Below the pieces are notes generated by a model that was not told where the DNA came from, ran no database searches, and saw nothing but the letters and a program-made list of their open reading frames with translations. Both the position numbers and the translations under genes were made by a program. A stretch of 45,023 bases of DNA from Octopus bimaculoides (lineage: Eukaryota): NCBI RefSeq assembly GCF_001194135.2, contig NC_068994.1:43236426-43281448 (forward strand), written 5' to 3'. Positions 24,390 to 36,965 of the stretch are shown in pieces; positions within the stretch are counted from its first letter, which is position 1; each line of letters starts with the position of its first letter.

Positions 24390-24820
24390 TATCTTTTGTC
24401 TCAGTCATTAGACTGCAGCCATGCTGGGGGACAACCTTGAAGAATTTTAGTCAAACAAATCAATGCCAGTAATTACTTTTTTTTTTAAGCCTAATATTTA
24501 TTTTGTTGATTTCTTTTGCTGAACTGCTAAGTTCAAGATCACAAATACACATAACACTGGTTGCCAAACAGTGTGGTGGGGAGGGGTAAACACAGACATA
24601 AAGACACACACACATACGTATGTATGTATGTATGTATGTATGTATGTATGTATGTATGACAGGCTTCTTTCGGTTTCTGTCAACTAGATCCACTCACAAG
24701 GCTTTGGGTGGTCCAAGACTACAGTAGAAGACACTTGCTCAAGGTGCCATACTGTGGAATTGAACCTGGAACCATGTGTTTGGAAAGCAAACTTCTTACC
24801 ACACATTTATGCCTGCATCT
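24390..24820 (-). mobile_element. SINE family B, full length, diverged
   Basis: Collinear with 23067-23478. The central repeat is (TATG)n. Confidence 0.85.
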
Positions 24821-26652
24821 CTATAACTTATTTATTGCTATTCTTACACCATTAATAACTGCCTGTCCATCATATTTAAACCCATTTTAAAATGACAATC
24901 CTAAACGCCAGAAAATCCACAGGGCTGGCATATCAAATGTTTAAATTGCTGGGGGGAAATTACTGTAAATCAGAATGAGCAAGAACTATATTCTTCTGAT
25001 GGTTATATATCCTTAACTTACAACAGTCTACATTCATTATATAGAATACCAGCAGAGTTACCTGATGTTGTCCAGGTGCCATATATGCAAAAGCCTTTCT
25101 TTGTGTCTTTTTCTATTTCTTTCTTTTTTTTTTTTAACTTAAATGTTTTGATTTATAGTTAAATCATTTTGTAGTTATTTTTCTATGTAAATATGAAGCA
25201 GTGAATAAAGGATTAATTGGAAATGAAAAAGGAAATATAATGCATTCATTATTGTATATCATATTTATTGCTTGTTAATGCTTCTTTATCAAGCTTTCAA
25301 TTCATATCTCTGCAAAGTTTTGTGAATCACAGAAAGGAAAAGAAAATAAGATAATTCAATGATCATGTGAAAGTTATTCAATGTATAGTGATCTCTGATT
25401 GCCAAATATGTGGAAACAGTATTTTTTTATTTATTTTATTTCATTGTATTTTATTCATTTTATTTTATTGTATCTTATTTACTTCGTTATTTTTGGTTAA
25501 ACTTAATTTAATGCAACGTTTCATAGGCAATGGTTCATTGAGAGATAGTTTTGGAAAGAAAATCTTATACGTAATGAAGTGTTTGTTGAGACCATAGAAT
25601 TGAAAAGACTATATATAATGATATAATGACATCTATCAACAATTGTTGTCATGGTAATAGTTTATTGAATCAAAGTTACATCACTGCACATGTGCATGTG
25701 CATCTTTCCAGTTGGGTATATGCATGATGAGATGTACAGATACAGCCCCAGGGACTTTCAACCCTGCTTTTCTTGTGTGTGTGTGTGTGTGTGTGTGTGT
25801 ATGCATGTGTGTGCATGCATGCACATGCATGTACGTATGTGCATGTGTGGTGGTATTGATGTTATTCTGGTAAGAGTTTGGATTTATGCATAAATTTTGG
25901 TAGCAATTGAGAAATTTTGAAACTGATGCAGTACAAGTAAACATCAGTGCTTACTGATATAGATTCTACATTCATTATATAAATGAGTATATGCATATAT
26001 ACGTACATGTATGTACATACCTACATCTACATGTATATATAGATGCATATCTGGGTACAGGACGTTGCAAAAAACGTGGACAAAATGATAAACAGAGTAC
26101 AGAAAACACACAGGCCACATAGAGAACATTTCCTTCATCAGCTGCCACTATTCTAAAACTAAGCGTTTCGAAGAGTTAGGGCATANNNNNNNNNNTTTTT
26201 TCTCAGAAGTTTGCAGTCAAATGAACAAAAAGAAACCAGTTGATTAACTTTACTATAAATTGAAGAGCTAAGTATGAAACTGCTGTGTGCTAAAGAGTGT
26301 GTGCATGTACTTATATGTATGTATATATAAATATGACACAAACATACACGTACATATATATATATATATATACACACACATATATGCATTGACTTAGAGC
26401 TTTGACTTCTTGATGAGAAAAATGCAGAGAAGTAGAAAGTAAGAGCGAATGGAAGAAGAGAATCAACTGCAGCACATAACTGCTATTTTATGATATTTAG
26501 TGATCAGGATTTCAGCACAGAGCATGGAGAGGCAGAGCAAAAAACTGTAAAACAATCTATCTGACATCCGTCTCTAATGAATGACTCTGCCAACTAGCCA
26601 CTGTACACAAACACACACACACATGTATATATATATATATATACGTGCACAT

Positions 26653-27073
26653 CAGTACTAGATTAACCATTAAGCAAAATAAGCACATGTTTAGGGCATC
26701 AATGGAAGGAGGGGGCACCACAGAAATGGTAAATGGTTTACGCCACAAAAGAAATCATTTTAAACTTGCTAAAATAATATTCGGGATGCCTTTATCTCTA
26801 CTAAGTTTAGATGCAGATGTGTTACCTAAGATTAATTTTGAGGATCTGATCAAAGACTTTGTAATTCAAAAAAGTAAGAGGAAATTTTTCAAATATAAAT
26901 AAAGTGGAAGTATACAAAAATAAACATTATTTTCCCTCTTACTGTTTTGTTTCATTTTGAAAAATAAAAATTTATGGTTTGTTATCTTTTATATTTTGAA
27001 TTACATAATCTTTTATGGGGGCACCAAAATCTTTTAAGTGCTTAGGGCCTCAATAATTCTTAATCCAGCCCTG
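26653..27073 (+). mobile_element. hAT (Tip100/Zaphod-like) non-autonomous deletion derivative
   Basis: Termini are CAGTACTAGATTAA and TTAATCCAGCCCTG (rc CAGGGCTGGATTAA). Flanks GTGCACAT (26645-26652) and GTGCACTA (27074-27081) match at 6/8, consistent with an 8-bp TSD. The internal frame LSLLSLDADVLPKINFEDLIKDFVIQKSKRKF resembles the extreme C-terminus of hAT transposases. Confidence 0.8.
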
Positions 27074-27082
27074 GTGCACTAA

Positions 27083-27335
27083 GTCAGGGCATATGACCTA
27101 GCACTTAGGATGCTGCATAATCATGAGATTATGATTTCAATTCCTGGTCAGGTTGGTGCATAGAGCTCTTGAACATAACACTTCGACTCATGTTGCTCTG
27201 CGATCACTTCAAAACCTGATGTATGGTACACTGTGCACCTGGTTAGTCAATATCGATTTGATGGAGGGAGTTAGCTAATGTACAAACACATACATTTGAT
27301 CACTATAAACAAATCATTTGTACAGTTTGTTGAGC
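27083..27335 (+). mobile_element. SINE family D with head
   Basis: tRNA-like head (GACCTAGCACTTAGG, TTCAATTCCTGG) and a body matching 18435-18610. Isolated heads lie at about 13000-13125 (+; TGGCTATGTGG, GGTTCAATTCC) and 14150-14250 (-). Confidence 0.7.
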
Positions 27336-27544
27336 AAGGAATTGCTGCAGAAATGTCTTTCATAGACTAAGAAAGACTCAGGAAGACCACCATTATCATC
27401 AACATAGATGCACACACACATATATGCATACACACATGCACACATACATATATGCACACACAAAGCACACTCATGCACAAACACACACACACACACACAC
27501 AAAAATACACTCATACATACATACATACATATATATATATATAC

Positions 27545-27705
27545 GATAGGCTTCTTTCAGTTTCAGTCTACCAAATCCACTCACAAGGCTTTGGTTGGCT
27601 CGAGGCTATAGTAGGAGACACTTGCCCAAAGTGCCACACAGTGGGACTGAACCCAGAACTATGTGGTTGGGAAGCAAGTTTCTTACCATACAGCCGTACC
27701 TGCAC
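27545..27705 (-). mobile_element. SINE family B 5' half
   Basis: GGCTTCTTTCAGTTTCAGTCTACCAAATCCACTCACAAGGCTTTGG...GACACTTGCCCAAAGTGCCAC...CCATGTGGTTGGGAAGCAAG-like match. Confidence 0.88.
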
Positions 27706-28298
27706 CTATGTATACACACACACACACACATAATTATTTTAGGGTTGAAATTTTATAGATTGTTGCTGAAATTTGTAGAATTTCCATTTCTAATAAATAA
27801 TTACCTTGTTCTACTATTGGAATTGGAATTGCATGTTCTTTTCCTTAACCATGAATGCTCTCACATATATACACTTCCATATATAAATTTATTGTGTGTG
27901 TGTGTGTGTCTATTTATGTACGTACATATACGCACACATGTATACATCCATACAAACCAAATGATCTTAGCATGTATACAGCATATAAAAGAAATTCATT
28001 AATGGAGATCCTCCATTGATCACCATATCTCCATAGCCATGTATCACCACATGAATCGCTTTTCTTTTTTTTGTTATTTATTTTCACTTCTTTCAATTAT
28101 TAATTTGTAGCCATGCTGGGGCCCCACCTTAAAATTTTAGTCAAATGAATCGATGCCAGCACTAAAATTTATAGGGATTTGAGTTACGGGGATGTAAATA
28201 CACCAACACTTGTTGTTAAGTGGTAGTAGGGACAAACACAGACAGACAGACAGAAGCACACATACACATATATGTATATATATATGTATATATATGTA

Positions 28299-28345
<47 letters not shown>

Positions 28346-28350
28346 ATATA

Positions 28351-28391
<41 letters not shown>

Positions 28392-28737
28392 ATGCATATA
28401 TTTATGTATCTGTTTATCTATCTATCTGTCTATCCATATATATATATATATATCAATATATTATAAATTAACTACCAACAAAAATAATTGGTAAGCTAAC
28501 TCAAAAAAATCATCACCAAAATAGCAGAAAAAAACGACAGTGAAGGTATGCAGACTCTTCAAGAATCGATCCTTTTGGTTATATTAATAATAATAAAGGA
28601 GTTACGACGCAAAAACGTATAAATTCAAATGAACATATTTATCTTCTTTAATATATATTTCAGTATAAAGAATTCATTAAGAGGCTTAAATTATATATAT
28701 ATAATTGTGTGTGTGCGTGTGTGTGCGCACATATATG

Positions 28738-28896
28738 AGCTTTCACAGCTTCCCAGTTTTATATTTACCAAATTCACTTACAAGGTATTGATCAACCCTA
28801 AGCAAGACATTTGCCAACGTGCTGTGCTGTTGGACTGAACTCAAAACCACACGACTGCAAAGCAAGCTTTTTAACCATAGAGTCACGCCTGCACCT
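28738..28896 (-). mobile_element. SINE family B 5' half, degraded
   Basis: TACCAAATTCACTTACAAGG...AAGACATTTGCC...GGACTGAACTC...GCAAGCTTTTTAACCA...CCTGCACCTA. Confidence 0.7.
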
Positions 28897-29291
28897 AATA
28901 ACATAAGCTCTTTAAGATTCCTTCTTTCAGTATCAGAGATTCTTCATATTGACTTGGAACAAGACTCTAACCATTGTAGAAGACTGAAAGAGATATTTGA
29001 TAGAAACGATGCCTTTGCAAGTCATTTGATTTAATGAATCAGCTTATTGTATACAGTGCTCAAGTGCACTTGTAGAAATAGCAATCCCACCACTCACTCA
29101 AATCATGCTCTACTGTGTTAGGTATAAGGAAGGACATAGTGAATAGTTTAGTTGTAGGTATGTTAAAAAAAGAGTGGTGGTCTTGGTTGAAATGCCAGTA
29201 TAAGTGCGTATGTATATACGCATGCACACACCCACATACATATGCACATAAGCTTATTCGTATAGGTATATTTATATTTATATATAAATAT

Positions 29292-29342
<51 letters not shown>

Positions 29343-29550
29343 CACATATGCATTCATATAGATATATATATAGATAGATAGATAAATAGATAACTTTCTT
29401 TATTGGCCACACAGGGGCTGAACACAGAGGGGACAAATACAAATGTAGAACTTTTCTTTATGAAAATTAGAAAGGAAAAGGGAAAAAAAAAGAGAAAAAA
29501 AAAAGTAAAATTCCGATCAAAAGGGGTCGGGAAAAAAAGATAGATTGATT

Positions 29551-29600
<50 letters not shown>

Positions 29601-30922
29601 AAGATAGATTTCTGTTTGTATGAATGTATATGGCAAGTTTCTTTGCACTTTCTTCTAACAACTTTTACTCACAAGGCATAAGTCAACCCAGGACAAAATA
29701 GAAAACAGTTACCACATAACCATGTCTACGCCTATTTGCAATATTTAAAGAATCTAGAGACAAAGAGTTAACCTGTGGCTAAAACGCCGCCACCACCACC
29801 ACCACCACCACCTACCACAAAAACAACATACCAACAATAGCAACAACAACATGTATTCATTACATGAAATGCAAAAAAAAAAAAGAAAGAAAGAAAGAAA
29901 AAAAAATTTGTGACTTAAACTCAGTTTGATTTGAAACCTGATCAGCCAAAAACAAATGACAAATTATTTTGTCTCACTTTCTTCCCTTCTCTTAATAACT
30001 CACTTCTCTCAGGAAATCTAGATGCTGATATAAAACAAGTTCCCTGTTACAAGTTCACAAAAACAAAACAAATGATTCTTTTGCTATGTTTTTTTTCCTT
30101 TGTTTTTTTCTTTTTGTTGTTTCTTTTTAATGTTGTTGTTGTTGTTTCATAAGTGAACGGAATTATTATGGTCAAATATATTAATTGATCTACTAAGTTC
30201 ACTTCTAAAAATATCACATACTCAATGAATGCAAATCGATTCCTGTATGTATTTCCGAAAAATTTGTATGCATGCATATACATTCACTTGCGCACCCACC
30301 TGTATATATAAAGTATGTGTGTATATACATGAACGGAATTATGAATGAGAGGAAATACATTTCACACTTTCTCTCTCATATACTCTCTCCATACATACAT
30401 ACATACATATAAACATACATACATACATACATACATACAAGCATACACACACATATACTTTATATATATAATGTATCTATCTATTATTCCATCCATATAT
30501 ATATATATAATAATATAAATAATATATAAATATATGCATATATTCATACATATATCTACATACATACATACATATAAACATACATACATACATACANNNN
30601 NNNNNNNNNNNNNNNNNNNNNNNNNNNNNNNNNNNNNNNNNNNNNNNNNNNNNNNNNNNNNNNNNNNNNNNNNNNNNNNNNNNNNNNNNNNNNNNNNNNN
30701 NNNNNNNNNNNNNNNNNNNNNNNNNNNNNNNNNNNNNNNNNNNNNNNNNNNNNNNNNNNATATATATATATATATATACATGCATATATGGGTACAGGAT
30801 ATAAAAAAAACGTTAAACACAATGAGAAACAAAAACATGTGTGTGTGTGTGTGTGAGTGTGTGTGTGTGTGTGAGTGCGTGTGTGTGTGTGTGTATGTAT
30901 ACAGACAGACAGACAGACAGAC

Positions 30923-30955
<33 letters not shown>

Positions 30956-31189
30956 TACTATCATTTAGTCAAGTTTTATAGGAAAGGTAAATCATCTGAG
31001 TAGCTTGGATATATAAGCTTCAATTTGACAAAATGTGTTTGATACAAAGAAACCATCATATGAAAACATATACAAACCTATAGATGTATATGTATATAAA
31101 GTATCAATGTTTAATTCATCATAAATTTGCGCACAAAACGCGCGCGCGCACACACACGCACACACACACGCGCATATTCTTTTATTCTT

Positions 31190-31451
31190 TCCTTTTATTC
31201 TTTTATTTATTTCAGGCATTTGACTGCGGCCATTCTAGAGCACTGTCTTTAGTCGAACAAACTGACCCCAGGACTTATTCTTTGTAAGCCTAGTNNNNNN
31301 NNNNNNNNNNNNNNNNNNNNNNNNNNNNNNNNNNNNNNNNNNNNNNNNNNNNNNNNNNNNNNNNNNNNNNNNNNNNNNNNNNNNNNNNNNNNNNTGAACC
31401 TGGAGCCATGTGGTTGGTAAGCAAGCTTCTTACCACACAGCCACACCTGCT
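31190..31451 (-). mobile_element. SINE family B, centre hidden in a 100-N gap
   Basis: The tail lies left of the gap (CAGGCATTTGACTGCGGCCATTCTAGAGCAC) and the head right of it (TGAACCTGGAGCCATGTGGTTGGTAAGCAAGC). Confidence 0.85.
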
Positions 31452-31485
31452 CATATATACATACATACATACATACATACATACT

Positions 31486-31519
<34 letters not shown>

Positions 31520-31550
31520 TATATATATGAACAAGTGCGCGCACGCGCGC

Positions 31551-31586
<36 letters not shown>

Positions 31587-32563
31587 GCACACACGCGCAC
31601 GCGTGCGCATGTGTACACTTGCGTATGTAGCCATTTCAAAGATACAAGACAACTTTTGAATAAGAACATAATCAATAACTGTTATTATAATATCCCCTGT
31701 ATGAGTTAGTACCTTTGTTTAACAAAACCTTGGGAAAAAATCTAAAGCTAATTTGTTTATGGTGAGATTTGAACTTGGACTATAAACAATCACCACTATA
31801 TGCTACAAGTCATTTTGCCCGCCTTTTTACTAATGCTATCAATCTCATTCAGAAAGTTCACTTAGCAAGTATGTTTTCACGTATGTTTATTTAGCACTGA
31901 GTATTTATATACAGAAAAGAAGTATATTGGCGGTGCTCCAGCATGGCCACAGTCAAATGACTGAAACAAATAAAAGAATAAAAGAAAATATTAGCTCGGA
32001 AACATATATATATATGATTGTGTAACTTGTATTTATGCTTTGTTCTATGTGTGTGTGTGCGTGTGCATGTGTGTGTGTGTGTGTATACACGCGCATACAC
32101 ACACAAACACACAAACGTACATACACACATACGTACACACTCACAGGTAGATATTTATATGCTTAACCAATTGTTAGGTGTAGATATCCACGCAAGTTCA
32201 TACTTAATATATTTGTATACATGTGTAAGAGTGTATAGATTCGGTTGAATTTTCCTTACAAATACATATACAAACATACATATACTCACTTACACACACA
32301 TACATACATGCATACATACATACACACATACATACATACATACATACATACACACACGTATGGATGTATGTATAACTATCAATCCATCTGCTTGTGTGTA
32401 TCTGAAATTCTGATACGTATCACAGAGAGACTTTCAGATTGCAATTAAAATTTACATTACTTTGGCCGTGAGTTCCATCTACTCTTTGTTTGTAAACTCA
32501 ATTGCTCGTACATCGAAACATACACACATATGTGCGTATGAATATATATACAGACAGACAGAC

Positions 32564-32613
<50 letters not shown>

Positions 32614-32833
32614 GTGTAAGTGTGTATACATATACATATATGAATATAATACACACGCCCACACATGCACAGGGAAACATACACATATAAACGTATCGAT
32701 AAATATACGCACACACGTGCATTCCACCCACTCAATAGTTTACTTATAAAATTATATAAAAGTGTGTAAGTGCATTATATGTACGTGTGTGTGTGCACAT
32801 ATAAAAGTTGAAGTGAAATTCTACTGTACTTAC

Positions 32834-32960
32834 GTTGTTAAACGATGTCAGGCAAGACCGATAGAAGAAGCCGACAGAGAAGACCTACTGTGCTGGACTC
32901 TAGCATAGCAATAAATGCCACGTTACGGCGGTTCATTTTCTGCTGATTTAATCAATAAGA
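32834..32960 (-). other. Candidate 5' (probably non-coding) exon of a minus-strand host gene
   Basis: Donor AAC|GTAAGT at 32834/32833 in unique, CpG-rich sequence. No frame stays open across the segment. It contains a 32-aa ORF (32936-32838). Confidence 0.35.
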
Positions 32961-33129
32961 GAATCCCTTCTTTACTCCCCATGCTCCTCCTCCTCCTCCT
33001 CTATATCCATCCATCTATCCAGCAAGCCGTGTGCACATAAGTAAACAAACCAGCACCGAGCACCCGGCGCTTATTTACACGCTGCATCATGTCGTGTATT
33101 AACTTTTAGTAAAAACAATCATAATAATC

Positions 33130-33226
33130 CATAACAAGGCCTGAAATTTGATGGGACGGGGACTTGAATCGATTACATCGACCTCAGTTCACAGCTGATA
33201 CTTATTTTATCGACCCCGAAAGGATA
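33130..33226 (-). mobile_element. SINE family A 3' fragment
   Basis: ACAAGGCCTGAAATTTG...TCGATTACATCGACCTCAG...TTATTTTATCGACCCCGAAAGGAT, with CpGs retained. Confidence 0.8.
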
Positions 33227-33307
33227 ACCACGAGAGCGATAGCAATATCGAAGATAACAACAATGAATTGACAAGAACAACGACAAGAACAATCACAAGA
33301 ATAGCCC

Positions 33308-33538
33308 AAGGCCAGAATTAAGGCCCAAGGCCAGAATTATTTTCCTTTCTTTTGACGGGGATGGGAAAAGGTCTTGTCATTTATATAGATCCCCAGTGTT
33401 AATTGGTTCTTATTTTATAGATCCCCCGAAAGAATAAATGTCAAAGTCGACCTCAGCGGAAATTGAACTCAGAACGTAAGCACAGACGAAATTCTACTAA
33501 GCATTTTGCCCGGCGTGCTAACGGTTCTGCCAGCTTGC
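33308..33538 (-). mobile_element. SINE family A copy, CpG-retaining
   Basis: AAAGTCGACCTCAGCGGAAATTGAACTCAGAACGTAAG...TTTGCCCGGCGTGCTAACGGTTCTGCCAGC. The tail carries a duplicated CAAGGCCAGAATTA. Confidence 0.8.
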
Positions 33539-33644
33539 AAGAATAATAAAAGCGATAAATAAGCAGAAGTAACAACAACAACAACAACAACAATAACTAC
33601 TATAGAAATAAACTGCAATAATATAGTAATCTAACATGGGTTCC

Positions 33645-33845
33645 TTTACATGACCACTTCACACGCTAGAAATAGCAGTTAAATCTACTCTAGATTTTTC
33701 ATTAAGGTCTTAAATGAAGTAAAGAAGCATTATATTCTATAGTCCCAAATGAATTTTTACATAGATAGGGTTTTAGGGTTGGAATGCCTTTGATCATAAG
33801 TCTGCTTGATAAGGTCTGACCTAGGGCTAAACAACAACAACAGCA
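33645..33845 (+). mobile_element. Dispersed repeat family E, (CAA)n-tailed, SINE-like
   Basis: CTAGAAATAGCAG...GGAATGCCTTTGATCATAAGTCTGCT...CTGACCTAGGGCTAAACAACAACAAC. Related copies lie at about 29055-29200, 35320-35548, 36160-36365, 37770-37955, 37982-38185, 40160-40326 (+) and 44781-44950 (-). Confidence 0.75.
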
Positions 33846-33890
33846 GTACCAACAGTCTCTAAATTTCAGTCCTTGTGCCTATAGCAGAAA

Positions 33891-33988
<98 letters not shown>

Positions 33989-33994
33989 CCACAT

Positions 33995-34420
33995 ATAGGC
34001 ACAAGTGTGGCTCTGTGATTCAAAAAGTTGCTTTGCAACCATGTGGTCTTAGGTCCAGTCCTGCTGTGCATCACCTTGAGCAAGTGTCTTCTACTGTAGC
34101 CCAGAGACAAGTGACTTGCAAGTAAATTTAGTTGACAGAAACTGTATGGAAGCCCATCATATGTACATATGTATATGTGTGTGTGTGTGTGATTTTGTGT
34201 CTGTATTTGTCCCTCCCCCAATCTCTTGACAACCGATGTTGCTTTGTTGACATCCCCACAACTTAGCAGTTCAGCAAAAGAGGCTGATAGAATAAATACC
34301 AAGCTTTGTTTTTTTTTTTTTGTTTTTTTTTAAAAGAGAACTGGGGTCAAATTGTTTGAATGAAACCATCCAAGGTAGAACCCCAGTTTGTCTGATGTCC
34401 AATAACTGAAACAAGTAAGA
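33995..34420 (+). mobile_element. SINE family B, full length, diverged
   Basis: Head GGCACAAGTGTGGCTCTGTG, CACCTTGAGCAAGTGTCTTCTACTGTAGCC, AACTTAGCAGTTCAGCAAAAGAG, CTGGGGTCAAATTG, tail AACTGAAACAAGTAAG. Confidence 0.8.
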
Positions 34421-34775
34421 CACCAAGATACACCTGTGTATGAAATCCTAAATGTTTGTTACTCATATTTAATTCTGTTGACACTTGGAAACAAGAAACT
34501 CACATTTGACTTTGGCAGGATTTGAACTTGGAACAAAAATGTATGATACTATTTACTGTGATACATTTATTTCAGTTTTGCTTTCTGTTATTTTTTAAAT
34601 ATTTCCCATCCTCTCTTGTATAATGTAATGTGCAAGAAACCAGTTCCAGATCCTTGTTTCATGCTGTAATTTCTCATCTCCTGACATAAAGCTGCCTCTG
34701 ATCTCCTAAAGATAAAACTGCCTTTCTGTCTACTATAGCCCCACTCTTATAAAGGATCTTAGTCTTCCAAGGTGC

Positions 34776-34976
34776 ATGGTGATCTCACCAGCACTTGGTG
34801 CCATAACAAAAAGCACATAGTACATTCTATATAAAGTGGTTGTTATTAGGACAGGCATCCATCCAGCCACAGAAACCATGCCAGAATAGACACATAGGAG
34901 CATGATGCAGTCTTCAGACTTGCCAGATCTTACCAAACTGTCCAATCCACGCCAGCATGGAAAATGGCCATTAAAA

Positions 34977-35011
<35 letters not shown>

Positions 35012-35045
35012 CGACGATGACGACAACGATGATGATGATGATGAC
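34776..35045 (+). mobile_element. Repeat family C, degraded
   Basis: AAAAGCAC...GTGGTTGTTATTAGGACAGGCATCC...CTGTCCAATCCACGCCAGCATGGAAAATGG followed by long (GAT)n. A further degraded copy lies at about 1484-1625. Confidence 0.7.
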
Positions 35046-36554
35046 TAAAAGCTGATGATGATGATTAAAAGCTGATGATGATGAGAATGATGATGATGAT
35101 GATGATGACGACAACTAGATAACATGAAATCTTTCAACAAACATACCACCAAGTTTTGCTGAAGAAATGAGGGATGTGAGATAGTTGATTTAGGTATTAC
35201 TGGTATTATTTCATTGATACTAAAAAGAAAGTTAAAAGTTATAAATTCCTTGTGAGAAAATGAAATTTTATTGCCAAAATCATTTCCTCAAAGATCAAAA
35301 AAAACTAGAATGAACTAACAAGGAAGCCTCTACGTCATCACTTGACATGCCAGAAATAGCAGCCAAATCTCATTCAAATTACCCATTATTGTTTAAAAAA
35401 AAAAAGACACATTGTATAATGCAGTGCTATATATATGAAAAAGAGAAATTAAATGATGGGCTTGTCATGGCTGGATTGCCTTTGATCATAGATCTACTCA
35501 ACCAAGACTAACCAAGACCTGAACATTTATCACAATAACAGCAACAGCAAATTAATACAGTAACATGCTGTTATTCATATACAAATGACAAAAGATTACA
35601 AAAGCCACCCAAAATGTCAATTAAACAGGGTGGAAAATAAATTTATTCATTATTTCGTCCATTATAAGAACCAAGTATGATTAAGTGGCTTTCATCCCTC
35701 CCCTTAAAGGTAAACAGTGATACAAATAACAATAACATCTTAGGAGGTTCTTAACTACAATAACAGCAAAAACAAAAATGGTTATTATAAAACCCTAGAT
35801 TAAAAAAAAATATAAATAAAAATAAAATATTCAAATAAATAAAAATATAAAACTGATCATAAACAAATAATTTTTTGTTTTGTTTTACCCTATTGTGATT
35901 CTGGCCAGGCTGGAGCGCTGCCCAAGTTACTGCCTTATTAACACTTTTGGTAACTTATTTCCAATGAAATACTCTACCTATATGTGTATGTGTGTGTGTG
36001 CATGTGTGTGTGTGCATGTGTGTACGTGTGTGTGTGCGTGTGGGTGCATGTGTGCGTGTGGGTGTGTGTGTGCATGTGTGTGCGTGTGTGTGTGTGTGTG
36101 TGTGTGCGCATGTGTGTGTGCATGTGTGTGCCTGTGGTTCTTTATTTAATATAATTATAGCTGACAATGAACCTCTACATGGCTATTCAACCTGTTATAA
36201 ATAACAGCCAAATCTCCCTCAAATTATGCTCTGCTGTTTTCAGAAAAGCCACATCGCATAAGGAAAAAGTTGAGATGGTATGTAGGAAAAAGACAGGATG
36301 GCCACAAAAGGAATGTCTTTGATGATAAGTCTACTCAATAAGGACCAATCAGGGGCTAAATAATTACAGCATTTCATTTTTAAACAATCAAGAATTTCTC
36401 TATTACTTATGTTGATGTTTGGAACATAACCCAACAAAAATGTTCTTAAATAAATTATGGCAACTGCTTAAAATTTGCATATAAACACGTTAAAAGGAGT
36501 GGCTTTATTTTAAGGGGTGGTCTCACTCCTTAACATACCAGGTTAATATTACTT

Positions 36555-36965
36555 TTAAATTTTAGCATAAGGCCAAGAAGTTCGGGTGGGGGGTAAGTCG
36601 ATGTAATCAACCCCAGTGATCAACTAGTACTAGTTCCTGGCTTTAAGGGCATCAAGAAAGGTCTGGTTGGTGGACCAACATTCAGAGTTCTTTTACAGGG
36701 CTTAGAATAAAGGACCACTGCAATAAGTGTGTGAATCTGAGAGGGGAATATGCTGGATAACATCATAATTAACTGATCCTCCTGTTTTTTTCTTTTACTC
36801 AAAGCCAGGAACTTTTCAGCACCTCCCTCATATTTTATTGACTCTGAAAGGATGCAAAACAAACTCAATCACAGTGAAATATTTGAATGCAGAGCCTAAA
36901 GACTGACAAAATGCCACCAAGTATTTTGTTCAGCGTGCTAACGATTCTGCCAGCTCACCCACCAC
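36555..36965 (-). mobile_element. SINE family A copy split by a mariner insertion
   Basis: The left part ends ...CCCCAGTGATCAACTAGTAC and the right part resumes TTTTATTGACTCTGAAAGGATG...TTCTGCCAGCTCACC. The two parts are contiguous in other copies. Confidence 0.8.
36633..36830 (+). mobile_element. Mariner (DD34D-type) non-autonomous relic inserted in a SINE
   Basis: Right TIR is AAAGCCAGGAACTTTTCAGCACCTCCCTCA followed by TA. The left TIR is truncated to GTTCCTGGCTTT, preceded by TA. Internal 36722-36760 translates to NKCVNLRGEYAG*, like the mariner C-terminal KCV..xGxY motif. Confidence 0.75.

Larger units (their letters stand above)
32760..33560. promoter_or_regulatory. CpG-retaining segment, candidate unmethylated promoter region
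   Basis: By hand I count roughly 30 CpGs in 800 bp, against fewer than 10 in 1021-2560. The embedded SINE copies keep CpGs that are TpG/CpA in most copies further left. Confidence 0.4.

Noticed and set aside
25645-25658. Second X-box-like motif (minus strand ATTACCATGACAAC)
   Set aside because: No nearby exon or CpG signal, and degenerate matches are expected by chance at this window size.
26132-26170. Hammerhead core words on the minus strand (CGAAACG ... CTGATGAAGG), Penelope-like flavour
   Set aside because: GAAA precedes CTGATGA, and I could not form helix I or a convincing helix II. An adjacent gap hides context, so an Infernal search is needed before any claim.
28931-29020. Plus-strand acceptor followed by an open frame (SEILHIDLEQDSNHCRRLKEIFDRNDAFA)
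   Set aside because: Only a weak donor (GTCATT) and no recognisable homology.
30013-30085. Strong pyrimidine tract and CAG acceptor followed by NLDADIKQVPCYKF
   Set aside because: No plausible donor and no homology recognised.
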